Both the position numbers and the translations under genes were made by a program. From IMG/VR virus record IMGVR_UViG_3300036822_000287, positions 1 through 53,686 of that record: DNA of 53,686 nt; one strand, 5' to 3'. This DNA is from a virus (Duplodnaviria > Caudoviricetes). Below, one piece after another: positions 38,069 through 47,369 of the stretch (the first letter of the stretch is position 1; the number at the start of each line of letters is the position of its first letter). Under the pieces are notes generated by a model, which saw nothing but the letters and a program-made list of their open reading frames with translations, was not told the origin of the DNA and searched no databases.

Positions 38069-38614
38069 ATGTCTCTTTTTTCGAACAAGATTAAGGATAT
38101 CAACGGTAGCGGCGTCATTGCCAGTGGCCACCCTCCGGTGATCCACAACTGGCCGTTGCCTGACGGGGTGACCGTGACTGCAGGCCAGGTGCTGATGAAA
38201 CCGTTTGGCGGTGACCTGGCAGTTTGGGATGGCACCAGCGACAGCGTCAGTGCCTCGGCCCTCACCGCTACCAGTACCGCAACCAGTACCGCCACCAGTA
38301 CGGCTGTGAACACCGTTACCCAGGACGATACGACCAAGGATGTGTCGGCGGTGGACAGTGATATCGACACCGAAGTAACAACGACGGTTGATACCGTTAT
38401 CAGTGGTGATACCGGCGGAGGCGGCGGTGCGGTCTTTGCGATTGCGGTTAATGACCCGCTTGAGGGCGATACCGGCGTGATCGTGCTGATTCATGGCTGC
38501 TATGTATACAGCCGCGTCACTGTAGCTGATGCACCACTGACCGTCGCACAGTGCGATCAACTGATGGTTGCAGGTCTGTTTGCTGAAAACGCCTGGGCAC
38601 GTCAGGAAGCATAA
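38069..38614 (+). CDS. Head decoration-like protein with a Thr/Ser-rich insert
   Basis: Between scaffold and capsid; AGQVL and V..HG motifs; 12-bp tandem repeats. Confidence 0.6.
   Translation: MSLFSNKIKDINGSGVIASGHPPVIHNWPLPDGVTVTAGQVLMKPFGGDLAVWDGTSDSVSASALTATSTATSTATSTAVNTVTQDDTTKDVSAVDSDIDTEVTTTVDTVISGDTGGGGGAVFAIAVNDPLEGDTGVIVLIHGCYVYSRVTVADAPLTVAQCDQLMVAGLFAENAWARQEA
38264..38305 (+). repeat. 12-bp tandem repeat (ACCGCNACCAGT) x3.5 encoding TATS
   Basis: accgctaccagt accgcaaccagt accgccaccagt acggct. Confidence 0.85.
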
Positions 38615-38648
38615 CCGCCACATTCTCACTTTATAAGAGATTAAGAAC

Positions 38649-39824
38649 ATGGAACTTATTGATTTACTACGCAAGTGCTTTGGAATGCAGGCTGTCGCGA
38701 TGCTGCTCGGCAGTCGTCAGAACTTGCCCGCACCTATCCGTAAGCAGTTTTTTGCCGACGGTGGCCAGTGGCCGCTGGCGAGCATCAGCATGGCAGAACT
38801 ACGCGGCCTGATTACCAACGTCCCGGTTGTACGTCGCGGGACTACTGCCTGGGCATTAGATCGCGGTAAAGACAGTCTGATGAGCATCGAACCGCAGGGG
38901 ATTGACTTGTCAGACGTCATCACGGCTGCGGCGATGAACAACCTGAAAGGGCTGGGCGTCAGCGGCGTGCAGGCATACGCCAATCAGATCATGAACCGCA
39001 TGATGAACACCGCTCAGGTCACCACTGAAGCAATGTGTGCCCAGGCGCTGACCGGGGTCATTGCCTACCCGATGAAAGCCGAAGGTGGCGTACTTGACGT
39101 CTATGGCGTGGACTATGGCACCCCGACCGCGCTACCTGATGCAGACCTGAGTGTCGCCAGCACCAGCATCATGGATGTGTACACGCTGCTCGATAACCTG
39201 CATACCGCGTTGCAGATGCAGGGTTACGGCGCAAGCATGAGTATTGCTGCCGGTAGTCAGGCATTCTCGGTCATCCTGAAACTGGCTGATAACTCAAAGT
39301 CCAACATCCTGCAGGTGAATGTCTCCGTGCCGGGTGAAGTCAATATCGGGGGGTATACCGTCAAACTGCAGTCAGGGATGCACCGCGACTTTGACGGTAC
39401 CATGGTGCCTAACATCCCGCCGAACGCTCTGGTGGCGGTCGATACGTCAGCGGGCCATTGCGTCAAATATCTGGCGCTGGATGATATTGAGAATGGCCTG
39501 CAGCCGATGCCGTTTGCTACCTCAACCGAAGTGAAGATCAACCCGTCAGTGATGGAAATCGTCGGACGCAGTAAGCCGCTTCCGATTGTGGCTGTGGGCG
39601 CGATTGTGTGGGCGAAAGTGCTGCCAGATACCGTTGTCGCCAAAGTTAAAGGTAAACCCACGCTGGTTCGCGCTGAAAAACAAACACCGATGAAGACGGT
39701 CATTCAGTCCCGTCACGATAAGGTGATGAGCGAAGCCAAAAACGCGACGGAAGACATGGAACAGTTCAATGTCAGTTTCGACTCGTCAAAAATCAACGCC
39801 GAACCAGACGGGGACGATAAGTAA
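38649..39824 (+). CDS. Major capsid protein (lambda gpE-like family)
   Basis: P.VRRG, TTEAMCAQALTG.I, VDYG and SKPLP motifs. Confidence 0.85.
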   Translation: MELIDLLRKCFGMQAVAMLLGSRQNLPAPIRKQFFADGGQWPLASISMAELRGLITNVPVVRRGTTAWALDRGKDSLMSIEPQGIDLSDVITAAAMNNLKGLGVSGVQAYANQIMNRMMNTAQVTTEAMCAQALTGVIAYPMKAEGGVLDVYGVDYGTPTALPDADLSVASTSIMDVYTLLDNLHTALQMQGYGASMSIAAGSQAFSVILKLADNSKSNILQVNVSVPGEVNIGGYTVKLQSGMHRDFDGTMVPNIPPNALVAVDTSAGHCVKYLALDDIENGLQPMPFATSTEVKINPSVMEIVGRSKPLPIVAVGAIVWAKVLPDTVVAKVKGKPTLVRAEKQTPMKTVIQSRHDKVMSEAKNATEDMEQFNVSFDSSKINAEPDGDDK

Positions 39825-39828
39825 GCCT

Positions 39829-40149
39829 ATGAATCTGATTGACCTGAAAGCGATGGTTAATCCGAAGGATATCAAGGCCGCAATGGATGCGGCTGAGTAT
39901 TCCTTCCGGGTTGAGGATGATAACCAGCAACACGCTGTTGAGGCTGCTGCCTGTTGGGGCTATGCCTGCCTGCAGGCGCACCGTATCGTGGCCGACCTCA
40001 CAGGGGATACGATGGCCGTGATACGTGTGGCGCTGATTAAGCGCACCGTGTATGAGCTGGGCCTGAGCTGTGGTGAGTTTTTTGAGACGTACGGGCATCA
40101 GAAAGACGATGCTGATGTGCTGATGGATGCTGTCCTGAACGGAGTGTGA
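39829..40149 (+). CDS. Head-tail connector-like protein, paralog 1
   Basis: Collinear with 40153..40626 (ALIKR.VYELG, DDAD..DAVL). Confidence 0.6.
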   Translation: MNLIDLKAMVNPKDIKAAMDAAEYSFRVEDDNQQHAVEAAACWGYACLQAHRIVADLTGDTMAVIRVALIKRTVYELGLSCGEFFETYGHQKDDADVLMDAVLNGV

Positions 40150-40152
40150 CCG

Positions 40153-40626
40153 ATGACCCTCGCCGAACTGAAAGCCCTGATAACGCCTGCGGAAGTGGAA
40201 GCCGCACTGGACCAGCAGCTGTATGATTCGCTGACGTTTAACCGTGAAAACCGGAGTCTGCGGGCGAATGTGCAGTATGCCGTGGCGGCTTCAGCCCGGT
40301 GGGGGTACTCCCGCCTGATGGGCGGGCACGCCGAACGTAAAACATTCAGCGCGGATGAAAGGGAAGTTATCCGCGAAGCCCTGATTAAACGTGCTGTTTA
40401 CGAGCTGGGCCGCACCTCGGAGTTCAAAGAGAACTTCGATATGGACCGCGATGATGCCGATACGATGTTTGATGCGGTACTCGGTCGCGGGGATGGCAGC
40501 AGTGACAGCGGAAGTGATAACGGAGAAGCCACCGCCATGGTCGGTGCAGCAGGTACCCAGTATGACCAAGTCCACAAACCGTGCCGCCAGGCTCTCTACC
40601 CTTTTACCTCTCGCCGACGCGGGTAA
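40153..40626 (+). CDS. Head-tail connector-like protein, paralog 2
   Basis: Helical protein between capsid and portal; paralog of the upstream gene. Confidence 0.6.
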   Translation: MTLAELKALITPAEVEAALDQQLYDSLTFNRENRSLRANVQYAVAASARWGYSRLMGGHAERKTFSADEREVIREALIKRAVYELGRTSEFKENFDMDRDDADTMFDAVLGRGDGSSDSGSDNGEATAMVGAAGTQYDQVHKPCRQALYPFTSRRRG

Positions 40627-41701
40627 CGCGTTCGCCGATCATTACCCTGTGCCGATCAGCCTCGGGGCTGCCGGTAATCAGGTCACTGACTACTACTGGA
40701 TGTGCATCGATGCCATGCTGCAGGATGAGGAGATCGCTGCCGATTTTGAGCTGCGTCACGCCACCAGCATCATGACCCCGTACACCGTGGAAGGCTCAGC
40801 CAGTGACATTGCATTCGTCAACGACATGCTGGCTGAACTTGAGCTGGATGTGCTGATGGAGCACTGCCTTTATCATGCCGATTATGGCTTTAACCCGGTC
40901 GAACTGGACTGGGTGGAAGATGGCGGTCTGATCCGTCCGGTTCTCTCTGAGCGTCGCCACCCACGTTCCTTCCGCTGGGGCAAAGATGGCAAGCTGCTGT
41001 ATTCCGCCAGCGGTGGTACTGGCTTTGACTTTAAAGCGGTCCCGGAAGGTAAAGTGATCCCCGTGGTGCGTAATGGCTCCCGCGAAAAGCCCTACGGTGA
41101 ATCCGTGCTGGAGCCTGCCTGGCCTGTCTGGCAGACCAAGTGGGCACACGTCGAACAGCTGGAGCGTCTCGCACAAAAGTACAGTGTGCCGACCTCTATC
41201 GCCCTGGTCGACAGCACCAACGCCACCGAAGCGAGCCTTGCTAATATCTCCGCCAACATGGCTGCTATTGATGGCGGCGGCAGCGTAGCGCTGTCTGGCG
41301 TGAAGGAGGTGGTGCAGCTGACTGCCAGCGGCAAAGCGACCGAACTGATGAACGTCATCAAGGACTATAACAACAGCCTCGCCAAACTCATCACCGGGCA
41401 GACGCTCACTAACGGTACGCAAAAATACGGCTCGCGCTCACTCGGCGAAGTGCAGGAGCGTGCCGCGCTGCGCATCATGGTTAATGATGCCCGGACAGTG
41501 TATGCCGCCCTCAATCGCACCCTTCTGAAATGGGTGTTTGCGCTCAATAACCGCCCCGGCAGCGTGCAGCTAAAATTCGATAAAAAGCGTTTCAATGCTG
41601 AGCTGGCTGTTCTGCAGGGCAATGGCGGTGCTGCACTGCTGAACTTTGCTGACGACCGCGATGATAAGCCGCTGTCGCGTGCGCGGAGGCTGTGCTTTTG
41701 A
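40562..41701 (+). CDS. Portal protein (DUF935 / Mu gp29-like)
   Basis: A.YGF..VEL.W, PYG.S.L, KY..P and K.I.GQTLT..GS..LGEV motifs; start at 40562 inferred. Confidence 0.85.
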   Translation: MTKSTNRAARLSTLLPLADAGNAFADHYPVPISLGAAGNQVTDYYWMCIDAMLQDEEIAADFELRHATSIMTPYTVEGSASDIAFVNDMLAELELDVLMEHCLYHADYGFNPVELDWVEDGGLIRPVLSERRHPRSFRWGKDGKLLYSASGGTGFDFKAVPEGKVIPVVRNGSREKPYGESVLEPAWPVWQTKWAHVEQLERLAQKYSVPTSIALVDSTNATEASLANISANMAAIDGGGSVALSGVKEVVQLTASGKATELMNVIKDYNNSLAKLITGQTLTNGTQKYGSRSLGEVQERAALRIMVNDARTVYAALNRTLLKWVFALNNRPGSVQLKFDKKRFNAELAVLQGNGGAALLNFADDRDDKPLSRARRLCF

Positions 41702-43038
41702 GTGAGCTCCTTCTGCAAATCCAGCGCACCGAGTACCGCAACCTGCTTCAGCTCGATGCCGCTGAACGTCTCGGCCTGACCGTCACCGCGCAAGCGCTGA
41801 GCGACGAACTGGCGGCCCACTTTGATGGCGCTGTAATGGTGAACGAAGATGACATCGGCCAGTACGCCACGCTCTACACCGACTCGATGATACTGTCCTG
41901 GTTGCTGGGGCAGTATCACATCCTGCAGATGGTGGCGCAGCCGGTGATGCTGGCAAGCGATGACGAGGCCATCAAAGACGCGGACCTGACCTTTAACGAG
42001 GCGATAGGCTTTCTGCGCTCTCAGGTGCCGGTGGACGGCACGACCTACCGCGATATGGAGGCTAATCTCAAGCTGCGCGGGTTTACCGTTGCCGCCGTCT
42101 CATCCGTTCACTCAGCCCATGATGTACAGCGTCTGTACGAGACAGCGCTTAAAACCGGGCAGACCTCAGCAGAAGCAAAGCAGAACGTTAACGCGTATCT
42201 GAACGCGGCAGGCGTGTCACCCACTAACCCGTACTATCTGGAGCTGCACTACCGCAACAACATGATGACCAGTTACAACGCCGGACGCTGGACGCAGGTC
42301 GTGGATAATGACGCAGTGCTGTATCTGGTTTACGTGGCCGTGCTCGATGATGGCACCACCGAGCTGTGTCGCCACCTGGACAATATAGTCAAAGCGAAAA
42401 CGGATGAGTTCTGGATAAAGTACTACCCGCCGAACCACCACAAATGCCGCTCGACCGTCAGCCCATTGGCGCAGGCCCAGCACGGTATGCTGAGTGATGA
42501 CGAGCAACAGGAATCTGGTGCAGTGACCGACCACAGCATCCAGCAAAACAGCATAATGGCGGCTGAACATCAGTTCAAAAGCTCACCGGTTAATGCGATG
42601 GCCACACTGCCGAAGTCACTTATGGATCAGGCTGAACAGTTCGGTCTGACCAGCAATATCCTGAAGTACACGCAGAGCGTCAGCGGGGATGTGCTGGCCT
42701 CACGCAATGCGGCCCTGACCACACAACAGGTCAGCCGCAGCGTTATCAACAAAGCGGTGGATGCGGACCCGGAGCTGAACCCATTTGCGGAGATGGTTGC
42801 CAGTGTGCCGCAGAACGCGGACGAGGCAAGGCTGGGCTTTGAGACTCTTTATGGAGAAGATCCGACGCTGACGATCCAGTACCTGCAGCAGGCTGATGAA
42901 AATACCTGGTTGATGGCATCAGCGCCTGCCTATACTGAAGATGGTGTTCTCAATGCGACGGCTTTGTCTGCTGAAGAGCGCAGGCAGGTATTGAATGACA
43001 CCATCCCTCTGGATGTTAAGAAAGTCATTCTGCAATAA
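41692..43038 (+). CDS. Minor head protein MuF
   Basis: FTVA, YR.N...SYNAGRW, Y.AV.D..T..C and FW..YPPNH..CRS motifs. Confidence 0.88.
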   Translation: MLLSELLLQIQRTEYRNLLQLDAAERLGLTVTAQALSDELAAHFDGAVMVNEDDIGQYATLYTDSMILSWLLGQYHILQMVAQPVMLASDDEAIKDADLTFNEAIGFLRSQVPVDGTTYRDMEANLKLRGFTVAAVSSVHSAHDVQRLYETALKTGQTSAEAKQNVNAYLNAAGVSPTNPYYLELHYRNNMMTSYNAGRWTQVVDNDAVLYLVYVAVLDDGTTELCRHLDNIVKAKTDEFWIKYYPPNHHKCRSTVSPLAQAQHGMLSDDEQQESGAVTDHSIQQNSIMAAEHQFKSSPVNAMATLPKSLMDQAEQFGLTSNILKYTQSVSGDVLASRNAALTTQQVSRSVINKAVDADPELNPFAEMVASVPQNADEARLGFETLYGEDPTLTIQYLQQADENTWLMASAPAYTEDGVLNATALSAEERRQVLNDTIPLDVKKVILQ

Positions 43039-43040
43039 GC

Positions 43041-43068
43041 AAAAAGCCCACATGATGTGGGCTTTTTT
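43041..43068. terminator. Bidirectional terminator
   Basis: AAAAAGCCCACAT-G-ATGTGGGCTTTTTT between convergent genes. Confidence 0.8.
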
Positions 43069-43082
43069 ATGTTGAAGATGAT

Positions 43083-43475
43083 TTAGCGATGGCGGAAGAG
43101 ATACTTGGTGACAACGAAGACAAGACCAAAAACCTCCGTCAACGTTCCCCCCATATACAGCTGTAGCGTCAAATCCTTAAAGTCGAGCCACTTCAGGCCA
43201 TCACAGATGAACACCCCGTTCATCACCAGTAGCTGCGCTGCCAGGATGATAAGAAACCATTTTCCGTATGTTTTCTTAAGTGCGATCTCCGCTTCGAAAT
43301 CCTTGTTGTTTAGCTTTGTCCGCTCCGGGTCCAGCGTGTTGAGCTGTCGGGCATCAGATGCGCTTCGATTCCCCGCCACAACATTCGGTTGATTATTTTC
43401 AGGCTCCAGATGCCGACGCTGATCCAGTGTCTCTTTGAGCTGGCGGAGCACCTTATCTCTGATTTCGTCAGCCAT
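43083..43475 (-). CDS. Two-transmembrane-helix protein co-transcribed with the ImmA peptidase
   Basis: WFLIILAAQLLVMNGVFI and LYMGGTLTEVFGLVFVV..YLF hydrophobic segments; starts just after the peptidase stop. Confidence 0.75.
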   Translation of the reverse strand: MADEIRDKVLRQLKETLDQRRHLEPENNQPNVVAGNRSASDARQLNTLDPERTKLNNKDFEAEIALKKTYGKWFLIILAAQLLVMNGVFICDGLKWLDFKDLTLQLYMGGTLTEVFGLVFVVTKYLFRHR

Positions 43476-43482
43476 TCTCACG

Positions 43483-43971
43483 TTACCCCAGATTGAGATT
43501 CATCAGGCGATAACGCATTGCATCATCTGAAACGCCAAAGTAATGCGCCATGATGTAAGAAGGTTGACCTTGCTCATACAAACGCTTCACGGCATCAACC
43601 GGCATCAACAGTTCTGCAGCAAACTTATTGGCAAAGATTTCTTCCGGGTCTGTGCCGTTCTGAGCTTGCTCACCTCTCAGGTCTACATACTCATACACAT
43701 CACTGTCGTCAGCCTGACGCGCGATGTAATGACCCAGTTCATGACCGCATGAAAAGCGCTGTCGCACTTTATTGTCATCGGCATTAAGGAAAATAGCGGG
43801 GTCCTGGTCTTTTTGCTTAATGAGCGCTCCTGATACTTTCCCCGGCAAATCAACAACCAGAACATCAAGGCCCATATCATTGGCAATTTTTACCGGATCA
43901 ACAGGAAAATCACGCCCACACCAGAAGGTATCCAGCACACGTTTTGCATGTCCACGTGGATTTATCGCCAT
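43483..43971 (-). CDS. ImmA/IrrE-family (M78) Zn metallopeptidase
   Basis: PVDP..IA, RQRFS..HELGH and E..AN.FAAELLMP motifs; GAGGAGG RBS. Confidence 0.92.
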   Translation of the reverse strand: MAINPRGHAKRVLDTFWCGRDFPVDPVKIANDMGLDVLVVDLPGKVSGALIKQKDQDPAIFLNADDNKVRQRFSCGHELGHYIARQADDSDVYEYVDLRGEQAQNGTDPEEIFANKFAAELLMPVDAVKRLYEQGQPSYIMAHYFGVSDDAMRYRLMNLNLG

Positions 43972-44167
43972 AAGTGCCTCCTCTGCGTATATGACTATTG
44001 TTATATAAAATAACGTAGCACGAGAAAATACGGAACAGCGGCGGAGAAATAATTATCCGCGCGGATAAGAAATAGCTGAGATTAGATGAGTAAATGACCG
44101 CTATTTTCCTCTAAAAATGGCGAAATTTGCTATCGCCATTTCAGAAGGAAAGCTGGCTGGTATGGAG

Positions 44168-44884
44168 TCAATCAAGTTTGCTGAGGCGTTCGCACGCCAC
44201 GTCAAACACCCGCAGATCCATTTCAATGCCCGTGAAGTGCCCGCCCCGGCGCAGCACTGGAATAGCGGTCGACGCAGACCCCATAAATGGATCAAGCACA
44301 CGCGGCTCTGCCAGTGGCTGGATGAGTGCGTCCATCAGTTGCACCGGCTTACCGGTCATATGCAGTTTTTCGGCAGGAATAACGCGCTGGGTCAACAGTC
44401 CCGGCCACGGCCCCCCGTGAGTACATTTGGCGATAGGGCCAATGCTGCCCCATACGATGTACTCGCACTGATGGCGGAAATAGCCCTTGTGCGGCGCACG
44501 GCTGGAGAGTGTCTTATCCCATGGCACAATACCGCGCCAGATAACGCCCCCGCCCTGAATCACGTCGGTTGTCGCCGGTAATTGCCGCCAGTCGGTAAAC
44601 AACATCACATAACCACCAGGCTCTACCAGACGTGCCGCCTGTCCCAGCCAGACCATTGACCAATGAGACCATGACCGCGCATCGCGATTATCGCCGGAGA
44701 AGTTCAGGTGACCGGGGATACCGTATTTTCCATCCGGCGGAGCCTGACGACCGCTGGCGAATATCCCGCCGCTGCTGTAGGGCGGGTCAGTGATAAGGCC
44801 GTTAAATCCCGGTTCGAGTTGCGGCAGAATATCAAGTGCATCTCCGCAGTACAGCGTGGCGTTCCCGATGATTTCTTTTTGCAT
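44168..44884 (-). CDS. DNA N6-adenine/N4-cytosine methyltransferase (beta class)
   Basis: LYCGD, TDPPY, H..GKP and VLDPFMGS.ST motifs. Confidence 0.9.
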   Translation of the reverse strand: MQKEIIGNATLYCGDALDILPQLEPGFNGLITDPPYSSGGIFASGRQAPPDGKYGIPGHLNFSGDNRDARSWSHWSMVWLGQAARLVEPGGYVMLFTDWRQLPATTDVIQGGGVIWRGIVPWDKTLSSRAPHKGYFRHQCEYIVWGSIGPIAKCTHGGPWPGLLTQRVIPAEKLHMTGKPVQLMDALIQPLAEPRVLDPFMGSASTAIPVLRRGGHFTGIEMDLRVFDVACERLSKLD

Positions 44885-44929
44885 AACAACTCCGTTTTAA
44901 ACAGGGTTTAAAGAGACGTTAAAGCCAGT

Positions 44930-47221
44930 TTAATTACTGGGGCGCTGGTGGTCGTTATTCAGCATGAGCTGAGCGAGAGTGTCCTCCAGTTGTTGCATCA
45001 TCTCCGGCGTAGATTGTCGCAATGCCTCTGCCAGCGCTTTGCTGATATCGTCCGGGTTGGCTGTCATGGCATCAATTTTGATAGCAGGGTTAAAACTGAG
45101 CTGCACATTGGGCACATAGCCACCATCGGTGCTGGTGGTCAGGTCCTGATTAGATGGCAGATTATTGACCATCGTCTGCATCTGCTGCTGGCTGTTATCG
45201 TGTTTGTCGTCGTCACCCTTGATCCAGTCGTAGAGAGATTCTCCCAGCTTGTCGCCGCCCCAATAGCCCAAGGCACCGCCAACGACACCACCTATAGCGG
45301 TGCCAATGACAGGCACGACTGAACCGACTGCCGCTCCTGCTGCGGCACCAGCCCCCATACCACCGAGGGTGCCGCCTACATCGCCTGCCGCACTGCGCAT
45401 ATCACCTTTTTGATAGTCGTCATAAGCACTAAGGCCGCCAATGGCAATATCGCCAACCGGACCTAGCCAGCGCCCCCCAAGGCGGGCAGCTTTGCCGAGA
45501 TAGCCCAGACCACCGGACACCCCCCGCCCAAGCAGACCCGCACCTTTTTCTGCGATATTCAGCGTGCCAGAAAGCGCGCTGCCGAGTTTTGTGTCAGCAA
45601 GCATCATTCCGCCACCCAGCAACAAGCTACGACCGCCTCGCGCTAGCCCGCCGCCCAGGCGGCTTATGCCAAACAAACTACCCGCACCGCGCATCATTCG
45701 TCCTGCACCTAAAACTTTCCCCGCGAGTAATGTTCCACCAAATAATCCAGCTGCAATTTCACCAGCCATCGGATGATCGCTTGAAAGTGAGGTCAGTTTT
45801 GTGGTGGCTGTCGTCAGTGCATCCGTAAACCCTTGAAGATGCTTTGTCGCATCGGCAGAAGCATTACTAAGTGATTCGGTAATTGCCGCCTTATTGGCCT
45901 CAGCTTGCTCGGCTTGAGTAAGAAGTTGCTGATGGCTATCAAAATTAGCCTGCGCATCCCCCACGGATCCATTCGGGTTTGACAGCGCTTTATTGAGCGC
46001 AGCGGCTGCATCGGTAGCAGAGTCTTCGGTCAGCATCGTGCCGCCGATGGTCTCAGAGATGTTGCGTAGGGCTGCGGGATCAACTTTGCCTACTTTCGCC
46101 AGCTGACCGTAAATGTTGGCTACATCACCCACGGTGTTTTTATTTTCAGAGAGGTCTTTCTGAAATTTCAGGATAGCAGCACGGAGATCGTACTTTGGTT
46201 TACCATCTTTCATCTGGTCGATGACCCCGGCCTTTTTACCACCGCCCAGCAGTCCAGCCATTACGGTCGGGTCGGTTAATCTGGCGGCAAATGTTTCTTT
46301 CAGGCTGTCACCAATTTTGTCATAACTGAACACCTTCCCTTCGGTGGTGCCCTGAATCATGGCTGCAAAAAATTGTTCAGCGCTCACGCCGCGACTGTGA
46401 AGGTTGGTGTAGTACTCCTGGACTGCATCCATCAGGTCACCGGCATCACCGCGCCCCTTCAGGAAGGTGTTATAAAGCAGCGAGGCCGCTTTCTCTGGTT
46501 TCGTGCCACCGGCGATCAACTGTGTCATGGCGCGGTTAATTTCTTCCTGTCCAACCTGACCCTGCATCAGATTACCCAGATGAAGTGATGCGGCAGTGGC
46601 GGCTTCGTTCTGTTTGCCGTTGAGCTGGTTCTGGCGATTGAACCATGTTTGAGTGCCCGCGCTCTCTCCGGCATGAACGCCGTATTTTTGCGTCATCGCA
46701 GTGCGGAATTTTCTGCCCTGGTCACCACCGATTTCTGCTTCACTCAGGTTCGACTGGTTGCGCATCAGCAACTGTATCTTTGCCATCTGGTCACCGGCTG
46801 CCATAAAAGCTTTCAGAAGACCGTGAGAGGCGACAGCAGTGATGCCGCCGGTAATGAGGTCTTTAAACCCGGAGCGCTTCTTCAGCTCGGTGTTGGTCTC
46901 CTTCATCTGTCGGGTCAGGCGCTGTTCTTCGCGGGTGATGTTGCTGACATCCACGCCTGCTTTCTTCAGGCTTTTCGCCAGGTCGTCCACCACCTTTTCC
47001 TGCTGCTTCATATCGGCAGCGCTGGTGTCGCTGGCTTCACCCATTTTTTTCATTGCTTCGGTGGCCTTGTTGTAGGCCGCCACGTCGTCGCAGGTCTTCT
47101 GCAGCGCCGTGGTGTCTTTGTCCAGCTTGTTCACTTCGGCGTCGATTTGTTTCGCCTTTTGCGTGAACATATCCTTGATGCCGACGACCAGCTCAAGAGC
47201 AAAATCATTACCTTCCGCCAC
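44930..47221 (-). CDS. Tape measure protein of the Mu-like prophage
   Basis: 763 aa, coiled-coil N-terminus and Gly/Ala-rich GA.AGA.VG..PVIGT.IG C-terminus; GGAGG RBS before GTG. Confidence 0.88.
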   Translation of the reverse strand: MAEGNDFALELVVGIKDMFTQKAKQIDAEVNKLDKDTTALQKTCDDVAAYNKATEAMKKMGEASDTSAADMKQQEKVVDDLAKSLKKAGVDVSNITREEQRLTRQMKETNTELKKRSGFKDLITGGITAVASHGLLKAFMAAGDQMAKIQLLMRNQSNLSEAEIGGDQGRKFRTAMTQKYGVHAGESAGTQTWFNRQNQLNGKQNEAATAASLHLGNLMQGQVGQEEINRAMTQLIAGGTKPEKAASLLYNTFLKGRGDAGDLMDAVQEYYTNLHSRGVSAEQFFAAMIQGTTEGKVFSYDKIGDSLKETFAARLTDPTVMAGLLGGGKKAGVIDQMKDGKPKYDLRAAILKFQKDLSENKNTVGDVANIYGQLAKVGKVDPAALRNISETIGGTMLTEDSATDAAAALNKALSNPNGSVGDAQANFDSHQQLLTQAEQAEANKAAITESLSNASADATKHLQGFTDALTTATTKLTSLSSDHPMAGEIAAGLFGGTLLAGKVLGAGRMMRGAGSLFGISRLGGGLARGGRSLLLGGGMMLADTKLGSALSGTLNIAEKGAGLLGRGVSGGLGYLGKAARLGGRWLGPVGDIAIGGLSAYDDYQKGDMRSAAGDVGGTLGGMGAGAAAGAAVGSVVPVIGTAIGGVVGGALGYWGGDKLGESLYDWIKGDDDKHDNSQQQMQTMVNNLPSNQDLTTSTDGGYVPNVQLSFNPAIKIDAMTANPDDISKALAEALRQSTPEMMQQLEDTLAQLMLNNDHQRPSN

Positions 47222-47369
47222 TGGCGACCTCCGTTGCGAATATCAGTTCCTGCCATGTCATACCCATCACCTCTGTAATGCTGGCCCGCTGCAATTTGGG
47301 ATGGGTCAGGAAATCAACGACTTTAATCAGGGTTTCGCCCCGGACACGGACGAGGCCTGCGTCTTTACC
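47208..47369 (-). CDS. Probable -1 frameshift extension of the tail chaperone (gpE'-like)
   Basis: -1 frame open from about 47394 to TAA 47208: ..LIKVVDFL..SITEVMGMTWQELIFA..; candidate slip site G GTA AAG (47369-47363). Confidence 0.5.
   Translation of the reverse strand, partial: GKDAGLVRVRGETLIKVVDFLTHPKLQRASITEVMGMTWQELIFATEVASGGR

Noticed and set aside
44117-44581. 154-aa plus-strand ORF
   Set aside because: Antisense to the well-supported methyltransferase.
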